From Cupriavidus necator (GTDB lineage Bacteria > Pseudomonadota > Gammaproteobacteria > Burkholderiales > Burkholderiaceae): a DNA stretch of 32,000 nt. The stretch spans positions 1,860,001 through 1,892,000 of the forward strand of contig NZ_CP066018.1 of NCBI RefSeq assembly GCF_016127575.1. The letters are read 5' to 3'. Of the stretch, positions 1 to 11,475 are shown piece by piece (positions within the stretch are counted from its first letter, which is position 1; every line of letters starts with the position of its first letter). Position numbers and translations under genes: made by a program. A model generated the notes under the pieces. The model had not been told where the DNA came from. It searched no databases and was given only the letters and a program-made list of their open reading frames with translations.

Positions 1-1274
1 AATTCGGCTTCGCCACCGCGCCGCTGGTTGCGGAAGGCTGCATCATGATGCGCAAGTGCCACCTGAACACCTGCCCGGTGGGCGTGGCCACGCAGGATCC
101 GCAGCTGCGCAGGAAGTTCCAGGGCAAGCCTGAGCACGTGGTCAACTTCTTCTTCTTCGTTGCGGAAGAAGCCCGCGAAATCATGGCCCAGCTGGGCATC
201 CGCAAGTTCGACGAGCTGATCGGCCGCGCCGACCTGCTCGACACCAAGCCCGGCATCGAGCACTGGAAGGCGCGCGGCCTGGACTTCGGCCGCATCTTCC
301 ACCAGGTCTCGCTGGGCGCGGACGTGCCGCTGTACCACACCGACGTGCAGGACCACGGCCTGTCGGCCGAGGCCGGCAAGGCGCTGGACCACGTGCTGAT
401 CGCCAAGGCCCGACCGGCGATCGAGAAGGGCGAGCGGGTCTCGTTCATCCAGCCGGTGAAGAACGTCAACCGTACCGTCGGCGCGATGCTGTCGGGCGTG
501 GTGGCGCGCCAGCATGGCCACGAAGGCCTGCCTGACGATACCATCCACATCCAGCTGCAAGGCACCGCCGGCCAGTCGTTCGGCGCGTTCCTGGCGCACG
601 GCATCACGCTGGACCTGGTGGGCGACGGCAACGACTATGTCGGCAAGGGCCTGTCGGGCGGCCGCGTGATCGTGCGCGCTCCGCATGAGTTCCGCGGCGA
701 CCCGACCCGCAACATCATCGTCGGCAACACCGTGCTGTACGGTGCTATCGCCGGGGAAGCGTTCTTCAACGGCGTGGCCGGCGAGCGCTTCGCGGTGCGC
801 AACTCGGGTGCGGTGGCAGTGGTGGAAGGCACCGGCGACCACGGTTGCGAGTACATGACCGGCGGCACGGTGGTGGTGCTGGGCGGCACCGGACGCAACT
901 TCGCGGCCGGCATGTCGGGCGGCGTGGCCTACGTCTACGACGAGGACGGCCTGTTCGACAAGCGCTGCAACACCTCGATGGTGGCGCTGGAAGCAGTGCT
1001 GGCTTCGGCCGACCAGGAGAAGGGCCAGCCCGAGGCTTCGTGGCACAAGGTCGACGGCAAGCGCCAGCTGGATGAGGTCATCCTGCGCAACCTGATCGAG
1101 CAGCATTTCCGCTACACCGGTTCCGAGCGCGCCAAGGCGCTGCTGGCCGACTGGACCACGGCACGCCGCAAGTTCGTCAAGGTCTTCCCGACCGAGTACA
1201 AGCGCGCGCTGGGCGAGATGTACGCCAAGGAACAGGCCGCCCGCGACAGCGACCGCGAAGCCATCGCGGCCTGA
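1..1274 (+). CDS. gltB: Glutamate synthase large subunit, C-terminal part (5'-truncated by the window edge)
   Basis: The reading frame is open to the window edge (frame from nt 3: [33 protein letters not shown]). Stop TGA is at 1272-1274. The CHLNTCPVG motif and the C-terminal GXGXG beta-helix domain ([40 protein letters not shown]) are typical of GltB. gltD follows directly. Confidence 0.95.
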   Translation, partial: FGFATAPLVAEGCIMMRKCHLNTCPVGVATQDPQLRRKFQGKPEHVVNFFFFVAEEAREIMAQLGIRKFDELIGRADLLDTKPGIEHWKARGLDFGRIFHQVSLGADVPLYHTDVQDHGLSAEAGKALDHVLIAKARPAIEKGERVSFIQPVKNVNRTVGAMLSGVVARQHGHEGLPDDTIHIQLQGTAGQSFGAFLAHGITLDLVGDGNDYVGKGLSGGRVIVRAPHEFRGDPTRNIIVGNTVLYGAIAGEAFFNGVAGERFAVRNSGAVAVVEGTGDHGCEYMTGGTVVVLGGTGRNFAAGMSGGVAYVYDEDGLFDKRCNTSMVALEAVLASADQEKGQPEASWHKVDGKRQLDEVILRNLIEQHFRYTGSERAKALLADWTTARRKFVKVFPTEYKRALGEMYAKEQAARDSDREAIAA

Positions 1275-1299
1275 GCGAGCGCAACGCAACCACGCAGAG

Positions 1300-1323
1300 G
1301 GGCCGCGGCAGCCGCCGCGGCCC
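1300..1323 (+). other. GC-rich intercistronic hairpin between gltB and gltD
   Basis: Perfect 10-bp stem GGGCCGCGGC (1300-1309) / GCCGCGGCCC (1314-1323) with a 4-nt loop. No U-tract follows, so it looks like a processing or stability hairpin rather than a terminator. Confidence 0.5.
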
Positions 1324-1394
1324 TGACAAGATTCTGACCCCACCGCAGGGCTGGCGACGCCGCCGGTCCCGCGCAGCATGACCAAGGACGCAAC

Positions 1395-2858
<1,464 letters not shown>

Positions 2859-2878
2859 TTCACCCCGGCAGGAACAAG

Positions 2879-2911
2879 AAGCCCGCCTGGCGCAAGCCGG
2901 CGGGCTTTTTG
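2879..2911. terminator. Rho-independent terminator between convergent gltD and the GNAT gene, probably bidirectional
   Basis: Stem AAGCCCGCC (2879-2887) / GGCGGGCTT (2899-2907) followed by a T-run to 2910. The reverse-strand reading ends in CTTCTTGTT. It lies 21 nt after the gltD stop and 24 nt after the GNAT stop. Confidence 0.75.
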
Positions 2912-2934
2912 TCGTCCTCGCGCCGGCGCAGCGC

Positions 2935-3474
2935 TCAGTCGGCCAGCGTGCGCTCCATCAGCACCGCACTGGCGCCGTAGCTGGCCAGCTTGGGCGCATG
3001 GGCGGTGGCCGTGTGCGCCGCCACCGGGACGTATCCGAGCCTGTGCCACCACGGCGCCGCCGACTGCACCGCGATCAGCCGCGAACGCCGCAGCCCCGCC
3101 GCGCGCGCGGCCGCCTGTGCCGCGGCGTACAGGCGCGGCGCCAGGCCGGCGCCGCGTCCGGCGGGCGCCACCGCCATGTCGTGCACGAACCAGGTGAGGG
3201 CGTCCGGCGCGGCGCCATGGCGCCAGCCGTGGTCGAGCACGCCGTCCAGCGGCGGCAGCGTGGCTTCGGGCCAGGCGTGGGTAAAGAGATAGGCGGCAAG
3301 CGCGCCGGGATGTCCGGGATCGTCCGCGACCCAGCAGGTGGCGGGGGACAGCGCCAGCCGGCTTGCCAGCGCGGCCTGGCTCTCCAGCAGGACTTCGGTA
3401 TAGCAGCTGGCTTGTACCGCCAGCACGGCCGGCAGGTCGGCTGTGACCATCGGCCGCACGGTGAAAATCGTCAT
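2935..3474 (-). CDS. GNAT-family N-acetyltransferase
   Basis: The ORF track gives 2935..3531. I place the start at the internal ATG 3474 (MTIFTVRPMVTADLPAVLAVQ), which is a typical GNAT N-terminus. An acetyl-CoA motif-A-like segment is present (VHDMAVAPAGRGAGLAPRLY). The start is uncertain between 3474 and 3531. Confidence 0.75.
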   Translation of the reverse strand: MTIFTVRPMVTADLPAVLAVQASCYTEVLLESQAALASRLALSPATCWVADDPGHPGALAAYLFTHAWPEATLPPLDGVLDHGWRHGAAPDALTWFVHDMAVAPAGRGAGLAPRLYAAAQAAARAAGLRRSRLIAVQSAAPWWHRLGYVPVAAHTATAHAPKLASYGASAVLMERTLAD

Positions 3475-3698
3475 CGGCCGATTATAGCCGGCGAGGTCCG
3501 TGCATCCTGGCCGCCATGGCGCGTTTGGCAAGGCCTGGCGGGGCCTTCAGGGTTCTCCCGGCTATGGTTTACGTGCCTGTGGTGCCCTGGGCAATGTCCT
3601 TACAATTTTCAAAAAACAACTAACGGAAACTGCCTCGCAAATCCTTTTTCCCCAGAACCAGCTTGCCGCCTCCTCAGGGGACCGGCCGGAGGAAATTG

Positions 3699-4787
3699 AT
3701 GCCCGAAGTGCGCAATTTGTCGCGGCTTTGGCGAGGTAAAGCGAAGTTCGCGCCGCGCCCCCCAATGGGCGCAGTCCGGCGCTGGCTCCGGTCTTTCCTG
3801 TGCCTGTACGCCCTGGGGTGTGCCACGCTGGCGCTTGCGGTGCCAGCCATGCCGGCGCATGCGGGGACCCAGCAGCTCGCCCGCAGCATGTCGTTCCCCG
3901 ACCGCCCGATGCGCCTGATCGTGCCATTCCCGGCCGGCGGTGTTGCCGATGCGGTGGCGCGCATGCTGGCCGAGCGCCTCTCCGTCCGGCTGGGCGTGCC
4001 GGTGGAGGTCGACAACCGGCCCGGCGCCGCCGGCACCATCGCCGGCGACGTGGTCGCCAAGGCCAGCTCCGATGGCCACACCCTGTTGTTGCACCAGGCC
4101 AATATGCTGATCCAGCCCGGACTGGAGCCGGTGCCGTACGACGTCGTGCGCGATTTCACGCCGGTTGCGCGCGTGGCCACCACGCCGCTGTTCCTGGTGA
4201 TCGATGCCCGGCTGCCCATGCGCACGCCGGAGCAATGGATGACCGCGGTCAGGTCGAACCCGGGCTCCTACAGCTATGGCTACGGCCAGCCGGGCAGCCC
4301 CTCCCACCTGTACGCCGAGTACGCGGTGCGCGGCATCCGCAGCGGCGTGCCGCTGGTCACCGCCAAGGGTGAGGCCGCCGTGGTCCAGGAGATGCTGGCC
4401 GGCCGCGTCAGTGCCTGTTTCTGTTCGTTTGCCGCGGTCCAGGGCCAGGTCAGAAGCGGCGGGCTGCGCCTGCTCGGGGTGACGGGCGTGGCCCGCTCGC
4501 CGCTGGCGCCGCTGGTGCCGACGCTGCAGGAGTCGGGGCTGGAAGGCTATGCCGCGGCTGCCTGGTTTGGCGTGATGGCGCCGGCCAAGACCCCGCGCGC
4601 GATCGTCGCCAGGCTGGCGGTCGAACTCGACGCGGTCATGTCCGAGCGCGAGGTGCGTTCGCGTCTGCAGGCGGCGGGGGTCACGCCGCTGCGCGATTCG
4701 CCGGAGGCGTTTGCCACCGCGATCCGCTCGGAATCTATCCAATGGCAGGTGATCCTGAAGGACGTCTCGCCGATACAGGAGCCTTGA
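3699..4787 (+). CDS. Bug-family (TctC-like) tripartite tricarboxylate transporter periplasmic substrate-binding protein, orphan
   Basis: Conserved Bug core (PDRPMRLIVPFPAGGVADAVARMLAERL, YSYGYGQPGSPSHL, WFGVMAPAKTP). A signal-peptide-like segment is present (LCLYALGCATLALAVPAMPAHA). The start at 3699 is chosen for the GGAGGA site at 3688-3693. ATG 3765 is a reasonable alternative that gives a more typical signal-peptide length. No tctA or tctB lies nearby. Confidence 0.85.
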   Translation: MPEVRNLSRLWRGKAKFAPRPPMGAVRRWLRSFLCLYALGCATLALAVPAMPAHAGTQQLARSMSFPDRPMRLIVPFPAGGVADAVARMLAERLSVRLGVPVEVDNRPGAAGTIAGDVVAKASSDGHTLLLHQANMLIQPGLEPVPYDVVRDFTPVARVATTPLFLVIDARLPMRTPEQWMTAVRSNPGSYSYGYGQPGSPSHLYAEYAVRGIRSGVPLVTAKGEAAVVQEMLAGRVSACFCSFAAVQGQVRSGGLRLLGVTGVARSPLAPLVPTLQESGLEGYAAAAWFGVMAPAKTPRAIVARLAVELDAVMSEREVRSRLQAAGVTPLRDSPEAFATAIRSESIQWQVILKDVSPIQEP

Positions 4788-4898
4788 GCAGCAAAGGGAT
4801 GGGCAGGTTTGGGGGGCTAGGGCAAGTCTGAGAGGCTCCCCCGACGGGGGCATGTGGCGCGGGGCACACGGGCGCCAGCAGGGCTAGGTAGTACACCT

Positions 4899-4904
4899 TA
4901 TAAT
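4899..4904 (+). promoter_or_regulatory. Candidate sigma70 -10 box (perfect TATAAT) upstream of mlaF
   Basis: A perfect TATAAT in a GC-rich intergenic region, 27 nt upstream of the mlaF GTG start. I saw no convincing -35 element. Confidence 0.4.
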
Positions 4905-4930
4905 GCGCGACTGTCCTGACCGGTGCCAAC

Positions 4931-5749
4931 GTGACCGATTCTGCTCAAAACCTCGTCGAACTGACTGCGGTGGACTTCGCCTATGCGGACCACGGCAAGC
5001 CGATCCTGTCCGGCCTGACCATGCAATTCCCGCGTGGCAAGGTGATTGCGGTGATGGGCGGCTCGGGTTGCGGCAAGACCACGGTGCTGCGGCTGATCGG
5101 CGGCCAGGTCCGTCCTCAGGCAGGCACGGTCAGCTTTGCCGGCACCGATATCCACACGCTGGATACCCGCGGCCTGTACGCGGTGCGCCGCCAGATGGGC
5201 ATGCTGTTCCAGTTCGGTGCGCTGTTTACCGACCTGTCGGTGTTCGACAATGTGGCGTTCCCGCTGCGCGAGCACACCGACCTGCCCGACTCGATGATCC
5301 GCGACCTGGTGCTGATGAAGCTCAACGCGGTCGGCCTGCGCGGCGCGCGCGACCTGATGCCGGCGCAGATCTCGGGCGGCATGGCGCGGCGCGTGGCGCT
5401 GGCGCGCGCGATTGCGCTGGACCCGGCGCTGCTGATGTATGACGAGCCCTTTGCCGGGCTGGACCCGATCTCGCTCGGGCTGACCGCGCGCCTGATCCGC
5501 AGCCTGAACGACGCGCTGGGCGCCACCACGATCATCGTCTCGCACGACGTGCACGAGACCTTCCAGATCGCCGACTACGTCTATTTCATTGCCGACGGCC
5601 GCATCGTCGCGCAGGGCGAGCCCGAGGCGCTGCGCGCCTCCACCGACCCGTTCGTGCACCAGTTCGTCCATGCCGAGGCCGACGGCCCGGTGCCGTTCCA
5701 CTACGCCGGACCTTCGCTGGCCGAGGATTTCGCCGGAGGTGTGCGGTGA
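4931..5749 (+). CDS. mlaF: Phospholipid ABC transporter ATP-binding protein MlaF
   Basis: GTG start. Walker [10 protein letters not shown], signature [14 protein letters not shown], Walker [14 protein letters not shown]. It is followed by mlaE and mlaD with overlapping start/stop codons. Confidence 0.93.
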   Translation: MTDSAQNLVELTAVDFAYADHGKPILSGLTMQFPRGKVIAVMGGSGCGKTTVLRLIGGQVRPQAGTVSFAGTDIHTLDTRGLYAVRRQMGMLFQFGALFTDLSVFDNVAFPLREHTDLPDSMIRDLVLMKLNAVGLRGARDLMPAQISGGMARRVALARAIALDPALLMYDEPFAGLDPISLGLTARLIRSLNDALGATTIIVSHDVHETFQIADYVYFIADGRIVAQGEPEALRASTDPFVHQFVHAEADGPVPFHYAGPSLAEDFAGGVR

Positions 5750-6525
5750 CGGACTTCTTTATCACCATCGGCGCGGCCGTGCGCCGCAGCGTGTCGGGGC
5801 TGGGCCGCGCCACGCGCATGTTCCTGACACTGCTGGGCCTGTCGCCGGCGCTGCTGCGCCGCTTCCGCCTGGTGACCGACCAGGTCTTCTTCGTCGGCAA
5901 CCTGTCGCTGGTGATCATCGCGGTGTCGGGCCTGTTCGTGGGCTTCGTGCTTGGCCTGCAGGGCTACTACACGCTGAACCGCTACGGGTCCGAGCAGGCG
6001 CTGGGGCTGCTGGTGGCCTTGTCGCTGGTGCGCGAGCTGGGCCCGGTGGTGACCGCGCTGCTGTTCGCCGGCCGCGCCGGCACCTCGCTGACGGCCGAGA
6101 TCGGCCTGATGAAGGCGGGCGAGCAGCTGACGGCCATGGAAATGATGGCGGTGAACCCGCTGCAGCGCGTGATCGCGCCGCGCTTCTGGGCAGGCGTGAT
6201 CGCCATGCCGGTGCTGGCGGCGATCTTCAGCGCGGTCGGCATCCTGGGCGGCTACGTGGTGGGCGTGCAGTTGATCGGCGTCGACGCCGGCGCCTTCTGG
6301 TCCCAGATGCAGGGCGGCGTCGACGTGCGCGCCGACGTGCTCAATGGCGTGATCAAGAGCTTTATCTTTGGCATCGCCGTGACGTTTATTGCCCTGTACC
6401 AGGGCTTCGAGGCCAAGCCCACGCCGGAAGGCGTCTCGCGCGCGACCACCCGCACCGTGGTGATTGCGTCGCTGGCCGTGCTGGGGCTGGATTTCCTGCT
6501 GACCGCGCTGATGTTCAGCAACTGA
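5746..6525 (+). CDS. mlaE: Phospholipid ABC transporter permease MlaE
   Basis: GTGA start/stop overlap with mlaF, with GGAGGT at 5735-5740. A 259-aa polytopic membrane protein carrying the MlaE-family segment [30 protein letters not shown]. Confidence 0.93.
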   Translation: MTDFFITIGAAVRRSVSGLGRATRMFLTLLGLSPALLRRFRLVTDQVFFVGNLSLVIIAVSGLFVGFVLGLQGYYTLNRYGSEQALGLLVALSLVRELGPVVTALLFAGRAGTSLTAEIGLMKAGEQLTAMEMMAVNPLQRVIAPRFWAGVIAMPVLAAIFSAVGILGGYVVGVQLIGVDAGAFWSQMQGGVDVRADVLNGVIKSFIFGIAVTFIALYQGFEAKPTPEGVSRATTRTVVIASLAVLGLDFLLTALMFSN

Positions 6526-6588
6526 CGCGGGCCATACCAACGACAAGACAGCGACAAGAACACTACGGGGTTGAAGAAAGAGATTCCA

Positions 6589-7101
6589 ATGAAAAAGAAC
6601 GCACTCGATTTCTGGGTGGGGCTGTTCGTGGCGGCGGGGTTCGTCGCCGTGCTGTTCCTGGCCCTCAAGGCGGGGAACATGAGCGCCTTTTCCTTCCAGG
6701 ACACCTACAGCGTGCAGGCGCGCTTTGACAACATCGGCGGGCTCAAGCCGCGCGCGCCGGTCAAGAGCGCGGGCGTGGTGGTCGGCCGCGTGGCGGCGAT
6801 CCGCTTCGACGACAAGACCTACCAGGCCACCGTCGAGATGAGCCTGGAGAAGCGCTACCAGTTCCCCAAGGACACCTCGGCCAAGATCCTGACATCCGGA
6901 TTGCTCGGCGAGCAGTACATCGGCCTCGAAGCCGGCGGCGACACCGCCATGCTGGCCGAAGGCGCGCGCATCACCATGACGCAGTCGGCCGTGGTGCTGG
7001 AAAACCTGATCGGCCAGTTCCTGTACAACAAGGCGGCGGATGCCGGCGGCGGTGCGCCGGCCGGTGCCAGCGCGCCGGCGCCGGCAGGGGACCTCAAATG
7101 A
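6589..7101 (+). CDS. mlaD: MCE-domain phospholipid-binding protein MlaD
   Basis: The sequence from ATG 6589 (MKKNALDFWVGLFV...FDNIGGLKPRAPVKSAGVVVGRV...SGLLGEQYIGLE...VLENLIGQFLY) is colinear with E. coli MlaD. The ORF track begins at a TTG 18 nt upstream. Confidence 0.92.
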   Translation: MKKNALDFWVGLFVAAGFVAVLFLALKAGNMSAFSFQDTYSVQARFDNIGGLKPRAPVKSAGVVVGRVAAIRFDDKTYQATVEMSLEKRYQFPKDTSAKILTSGLLGEQYIGLEAGGDTAMLAEGARITMTQSAVVLENLIGQFLYNKAADAGGGAPAGASAPAPAGDLK

Positions 7102-8126
7102 GCGCTGCGCCATCGTTCTGCAAGGGCCTGGCCGCAGTCGCTGCCGCGGCCGTGCTCGCCGGTTGCGCCACTGGCCCCACCGCCAATCCGAAAGACCCGC
7201 TGGAGCCGTTCAATCGCGAAGTCTCGAAGATCAACGAGGACTTCGACAAGGGCATCCTGCGCCCGGTGGCCCAGGTCTATGCCGACTACATGCCCACGCC
7301 GGTGCAGCGTGCGGTGGAGAATTTCTTCTCCAACGTGAGCGATGTCTACTCGGCGGCGAACAACCTGCTGCAGGGCAAGCCCACCCGCGCCGCCGAGGAC
7401 ACCATGCGCGTGGCCATGAACACCGTGCTGGGGATCGGCGGCCTGATCGACATCGCCACCCCGGCCGGCCTGCCCAAGTACAAGGAAGACTTCGGCCAGA
7501 CGCTGGGCGTGTGGGGCGTGCCGCCCGGGCCGTACCTGGTGCTGCCGCTGTTCGGGCCCAGCACCGTGCGCGACACCGGCGGCATGCTGGTGGACCGCAG
7601 TTTCGACCCGTCGGCCTATCTCTATCCGGTATCGCTGCGCAATTCACTGACCGGCGTGCGCATCGTCGCCGGCCGGGCGCAGCTGCTCGGCGCCAGCAAC
7701 CTGCTGGAGCAGGCGGCGCTGGACAAGTACTCGTTCCTGCGCGATTCCTACCTGCAGCGGCGCCAGTACCTGATCTACGACGGCAACCCGCCCGACGGCG
7801 ACGAGGATGCGGACAGCGCCCCGGAGACCCCGACGGCGCGCCCTGAAGCCCCTGCCGGGACCGAAGGTGAAAAGCCCGCCACGCCCGCCACGCCCGCTAC
7901 GCCCGCTACGCCCGCTACGCCCGCTACGCCCGCTACGCCCGCTACGCCGGCGCAGCCCGCAGCACCGGCTCCTCCCGCGCCGCCGGCCGACGCCTCGGCC
8001 CCGGCCGCCACCCAGGCCCAGCCTGCGCAGACGCCCTCGGGCGACCTGCAGCCTGAGAGCCAGAGCCTGCCGATACCACCCATGGACCCGATGCAGCGGA
8101 TCGTGCCGGGGGTCCGTATCCGCTGA
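7098..8126 (+). CDS. mlaA: Outer-membrane lipoprotein MlaA (VacJ family) with a long Pro/Ala-rich C-terminal extension
   Basis: ATGA overlap with mlaD. Lipobox LAGC at residues 20-23. VacJ core present (DPLEPFNR, NFFSN, GLIDIA, GPYLVLPLFGPST). At 342 aa it is about 90 aa longer than the E. coli protein, and the extra tail is low-complexity. Confidence 0.9.
   Translation: MSAAPSFCKGLAAVAAAAVLAGCATGPTANPKDPLEPFNREVSKINEDFDKGILRPVAQVYADYMPTPVQRAVENFFSNVSDVYSAANNLLQGKPTRAAEDTMRVAMNTVLGIGGLIDIATPAGLPKYKEDFGQTLGVWGVPPGPYLVLPLFGPSTVRDTGGMLVDRSFDPSAYLYPVSLRNSLTGVRIVAGRAQLLGASNLLEQAALDKYSFLRDSYLQRRQYLIYDGNPPDGDEDADSAPETPTARPEAPAGTEGEKPATPATPATPATPATPATPATPATPAQPAAPAPPAPPADASAPAATQAQPAQTPSGDLQPESQSLPIPPMDPMQRIVPGVRIR
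7875..7946 (+). repeat. In-frame tandem repeat, 8 x 9 bp (CCCGCYACG), encoding (Pro-Ala-Thr)8 inside mlaA
   Basis: Units start at 7875, 7884, 7893, 7902, 7911, 7920, 7929 and 7938. The first two are CCCGCCACG and the last six are CCCGCTACG. The repeat is in phase with the mlaA frame. Confidence 0.95.
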
Positions 8127-8338
8127 CCCTGCGAGGCGCGGGCGGCTCCAGGCCCACGCCAGGCTGTGAATGCCCTGTGAGGGCTGAAACAATTTGTTTG
8201 TAAGTAGCGGAAAAGGCGCTTGTGGGTGCAACCACCGCCCCGCGCTTATGTTCCAATCTCCGCAAGGCCGCGCGCCAGCCATGGCGCCTGGCCAGTTCGC
8301 CCTCGGCGAAGAACGTCTTTGATAAAGAAGGAAAATCC

Positions 8339-8968
8339 ATGATAAAGCGACTGTTGGTCCCCTTCCTTACGGTAGTTGCCTTCGCAGGCGCGGCGCATGC
8401 CCAGGTGGCGGCCCAGGACGCGGCCACCCCGGACGGGCTGGTCAAGGCCGTGGTCAGCGACGTGATGACCACCGTCAAGGCCGACAAGGACATGCAGGCC
8501 GGCAATATCGGCAAGATCACCGCGCTGGTCGAGCAGAAGATCATCCCCAACGCCAACTTCCAGAAGACCACGCAGATCGCCATGGGGCGCAACTGGTCCA
8601 AGGCCACGCCCGAGCAGCAGAAGCAGATCACCGAGGAGTTCAAGACCCTGCTGATCCGCACCTATGCCGGCGCCATTGCCCAGATCCGCGACCAGACCGT
8701 GCAGTACCGCCCGTACCGCGGCACGGCTGAGGATACCGATGCCACCATCCGCACCCAGGTCGTCAACAAGGGCGAGCCGATCCAGATGGACTACCGTCTG
8801 GAAAAGACCGCCCAGGGCTGGAAGGTCTATGACATCAACGTGCTGGGCGCCTGGCTGACCGAAGCCTACAAGGGCAGCTTCAACACCATCGTCGGCCAGC
8901 AGGGCGTCGAGGGCGTGATCAAGACGCTGCAGGACCGCAACCGCCAGCTGGCCAGCGCCAAGAGCTGA
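8339..8968 (+). CDS. mlaC: Periplasmic phospholipid-binding protein MlaC (Ttg2D family)
   Basis: Start ATG 8339 follows GAAGGA. Signal peptide MIKRLLVPFLTVVAFAGAAHA. The mature protein (209 aa total) has the MlaC/toluene-tolerance pattern (FQKTTQIAMGRNW, WKVYDINVLG). Confidence 0.88.
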   Translation: MIKRLLVPFLTVVAFAGAAHAQVAAQDAATPDGLVKAVVSDVMTTVKADKDMQAGNIGKITALVEQKIIPNANFQKTTQIAMGRNWSKATPEQQKQITEEFKTLLIRTYAGAIAQIRDQTVQYRPYRGTAEDTDATIRTQVVNKGEPIQMDYRLEKTAQGWKVYDINVLGAWLTEAYKGSFNTIVGQQGVEGVIKTLQDRNRQLASAKS

Positions 8969-8982
8969 GGCGCCTGCCCAAC

Positions 8983-9013
8983 GGTGCGCCGCTGCAACGC
9001 AGCACGGCGCACC
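8983..9013 (+). other. Strong hairpin just after mlaC
   Basis: 9-bp perfect stem GGTGCGCCG (8983-8991) / CGGCGCACC (9005-9013). The 13-nt loop can itself pair further (CTGC..GCAG). Confidence 0.55.
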
Positions 9014-9046
9014 GATCTGCTCTACAATGGCCGCTCGCGGCACAGA

Positions 9047-9078
9047 CTCCCGCCTGACGTGCGGGAGTCGTCGTTTTT
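9047..9078 (+). terminator. Weak terminator-like hairpin between mlaC and mlaB
   Basis: Stem CTCCCGC (9047-9053) / GCGGGAG (9061-9067) with a 7-nt loop, followed by TCGTCGTTTTT. The T-run lies 6 nt from the stem, so this is at best a partial terminator. Confidence 0.4.
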
Positions 9079-9118
9079 GCCACTGTATTCAAGCTACCGA
9101 TCCCCAGGCCACGCATCC

Positions 9119-9415
9119 ATGCTCTCGCTAGGTACCTCGCTGACCAACCAGAACGCCGCCGCCGTGCTGCGTGACGGGCTGGCGCGCCTGGCGCAGGGCG
9201 AGGTGCAGGTCGACTGCACCGGCCTGGCGCAGGTGGATTCCTCCGCGGTCGCCGTGCTGCTGGCATGGAACCGCGCCGCCGCCGCGCGCAACCAGGCGCT
9301 GTCGCTGCGCGGCGTGCCGCCGCAGCTGTCGCAACTGGCCAGCCTGTACGGCGTGGACGGTCTGCTGGGCCTGGCCCCAGCAGCCGCAGCGCAGGGGCAC
9401 CACCACCGACATTGA
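9119..9415 (+). CDS. mlaB: STAS-domain protein MlaB
   Basis: 98 aa from ATG 9119, close to E. coli MlaB at 97 aa. The STAS/anti-sigma-antagonist-like pattern is present (VDCTGLAQVDSSAVAVLLAW, LSLRGVPPQLSQLASLYGV). Position in the mla cluster supports the call. The N-terminal part of the listed ORF (8984 onward) spans the hairpins and is not credible. Confidence 0.75.
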   Translation: MLSLGTSLTNQNAAAVLRDGLARLAQGEVQVDCTGLAQVDSSAVAVLLAWNRAAAARNQALSLRGVPPQLSQLASLYGVDGLLGLAPAAAAQGHHHRH

Positions 9416-9526
9416 TCCGGCATCGCCGGTCGCCAGCACGGCGGCCGCCCGCGATGCCGCGGCGACGGCCCTGCGCGGTCGCCGAGCCCCTGGGGGCGGA
9501 TCAAGCGGGACCATCCCCGCATCCCC

Positions 9527-9532
9527 TATAAT
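9527..9532 (+). promoter_or_regulatory. Candidate sigma70 -10 box (perfect TATAAT) upstream of the yadG-like gene
   Basis: A perfect TATAAT in the 251-bp mlaB-yadG spacer, 135 nt upstream of the ATG at 9667. The -35 is poor. Confidence 0.35.
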
Positions 9533-9666
9533 TCCGGGTTGTTCGCCCATCCCCCCGCCTGCTACCGGTTCATGCCATGCCGGGCCAGGAAGTCCGGGCA
9601 CGCAGTTGCTCCCCAATTCCCGGCGGCTGGCCCTGAAAATGCCGAACCCGCCACAAACAATCGGCC

Positions 9667-10613
<947 letters not shown>

Positions 10614-10617
<4 letters not shown>

Positions 10618-11435
10618 AGCAGCCTGGCGATATCGAGGTCCTGGACGACTCCGGCCTCGGGCCGATGGCCGTGGGCGGCCTGGTGGGTTTCCGCACCCTG
10701 CTGTACAAGGAAGTGCTGCGTTTCTGGAAGGTGAGCTTCCAGACCGTGGCCGCTCCGGTGCTGACCGCGGTGCTGTACCTGCTGATCTTCGGCCATGTGC
10801 TGGAAGACCGGGTCAAGGTCTATGACCAGATCAGCTACACCGCCTTCCTGGTGCCCGGCCTGGTGATGATGAGCGTGCTGCAGAACGCGTTTGCCAACAG
10901 CTCGTCATCGCTGATCCAGTCCAAGATCACCGGCAACCTGGTGTTCGTGCTGCTGCCGCCCTTGTCGCACTGGGAAATGTTCGGCGCCTATGTGGTGGCC
11001 TCGGTGATCCGCGGGCTGACCGTGGGCCTGGGCGTGCTGCTGGTGACGGCGTGGTTTGCCAACCTGCATTTTGCCAATGTGGGCTGGATCCTCGTCTTTG
11101 CGCTGCTTGGTGCGGGCATCCTAGGCACGCTGGGCCTGATCGCCGGCATCTGGGCCGAGAAATTCGACCAGCTGGCCGCGTTCCAGAACTTCCTGATCAT
11201 GCCGGCAACTTTCCTGTCCGGCGTGTTCTATTCGATCCATTCGCTGCCCGCCTTCTGGCAGGCGGTGTCCCATGCCAATCCGTTCTTCTACATGATCGAC
11301 GGCTTCCGCTATGGCTTCTTCGGCGTCTCGGACGTGTCGCCGCTGTTCAGCCTGGCGGTGGTCGGATCGGCGTTCGTGGTGCTGGCCGCGCTGGCGCTGC
11401 GCTTGCTGAAGTCCGGATACAAGCTGCGCCACTGA
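10614..11435 (+). CDS. yadH: ABC-2-type exporter permease (YadH-like)
   Basis: A 273-aa, six-TM-type protein with YadH-like blocks (FLVPGLVMMSVLQNAFAN, SGVFYSIHSLPAFWQAVSHANPFFYMIDGFRYGFFG). Confidence 0.85.
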
Positions 11436-11475
11436 ACTGTGGCCGGCCATACTGAATCACGCTGAAGAGAACCCC

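Noticed and set aside
1-6. The window begins with AATTC, an EcoRI half-site, which could suggest a cloned-fragment boundary.
   Set aside because: A 5-nt match at an arbitrary cut has no evidential weight, and the gltB frame simply continues upstream.
7875-7946. The regular short repeats at 7875-7946, considered as a CRISPR-like or minisatellite element.
   Set aside because: The units are 9 bp, directly abutting with no spacers, and exactly in frame inside mlaA. This is a coding tandem repeat, not a CRISPR array.
9395-9415. A His-rich C-terminus of the mlaB ORF (GHHHRH, CAC CAC CAC CGA CAT) upstream of the his genes, considered as a possible his attenuator leader.
   Set aside because: It has only four His codons. 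It sits at the end of a STAS-domain protein, 3.6 kb and four genes upstream of hisG. No alternative terminator/antiterminator structures lie nearby.
11441-11450. A 10-bp perfect palindrome, TGGCCGGCCA, after yadH, considered as a terminator or operator.
   Set aside because: It has no loop and no U-tract. Short GC palindromes of this kind are expected by chance at this base composition.
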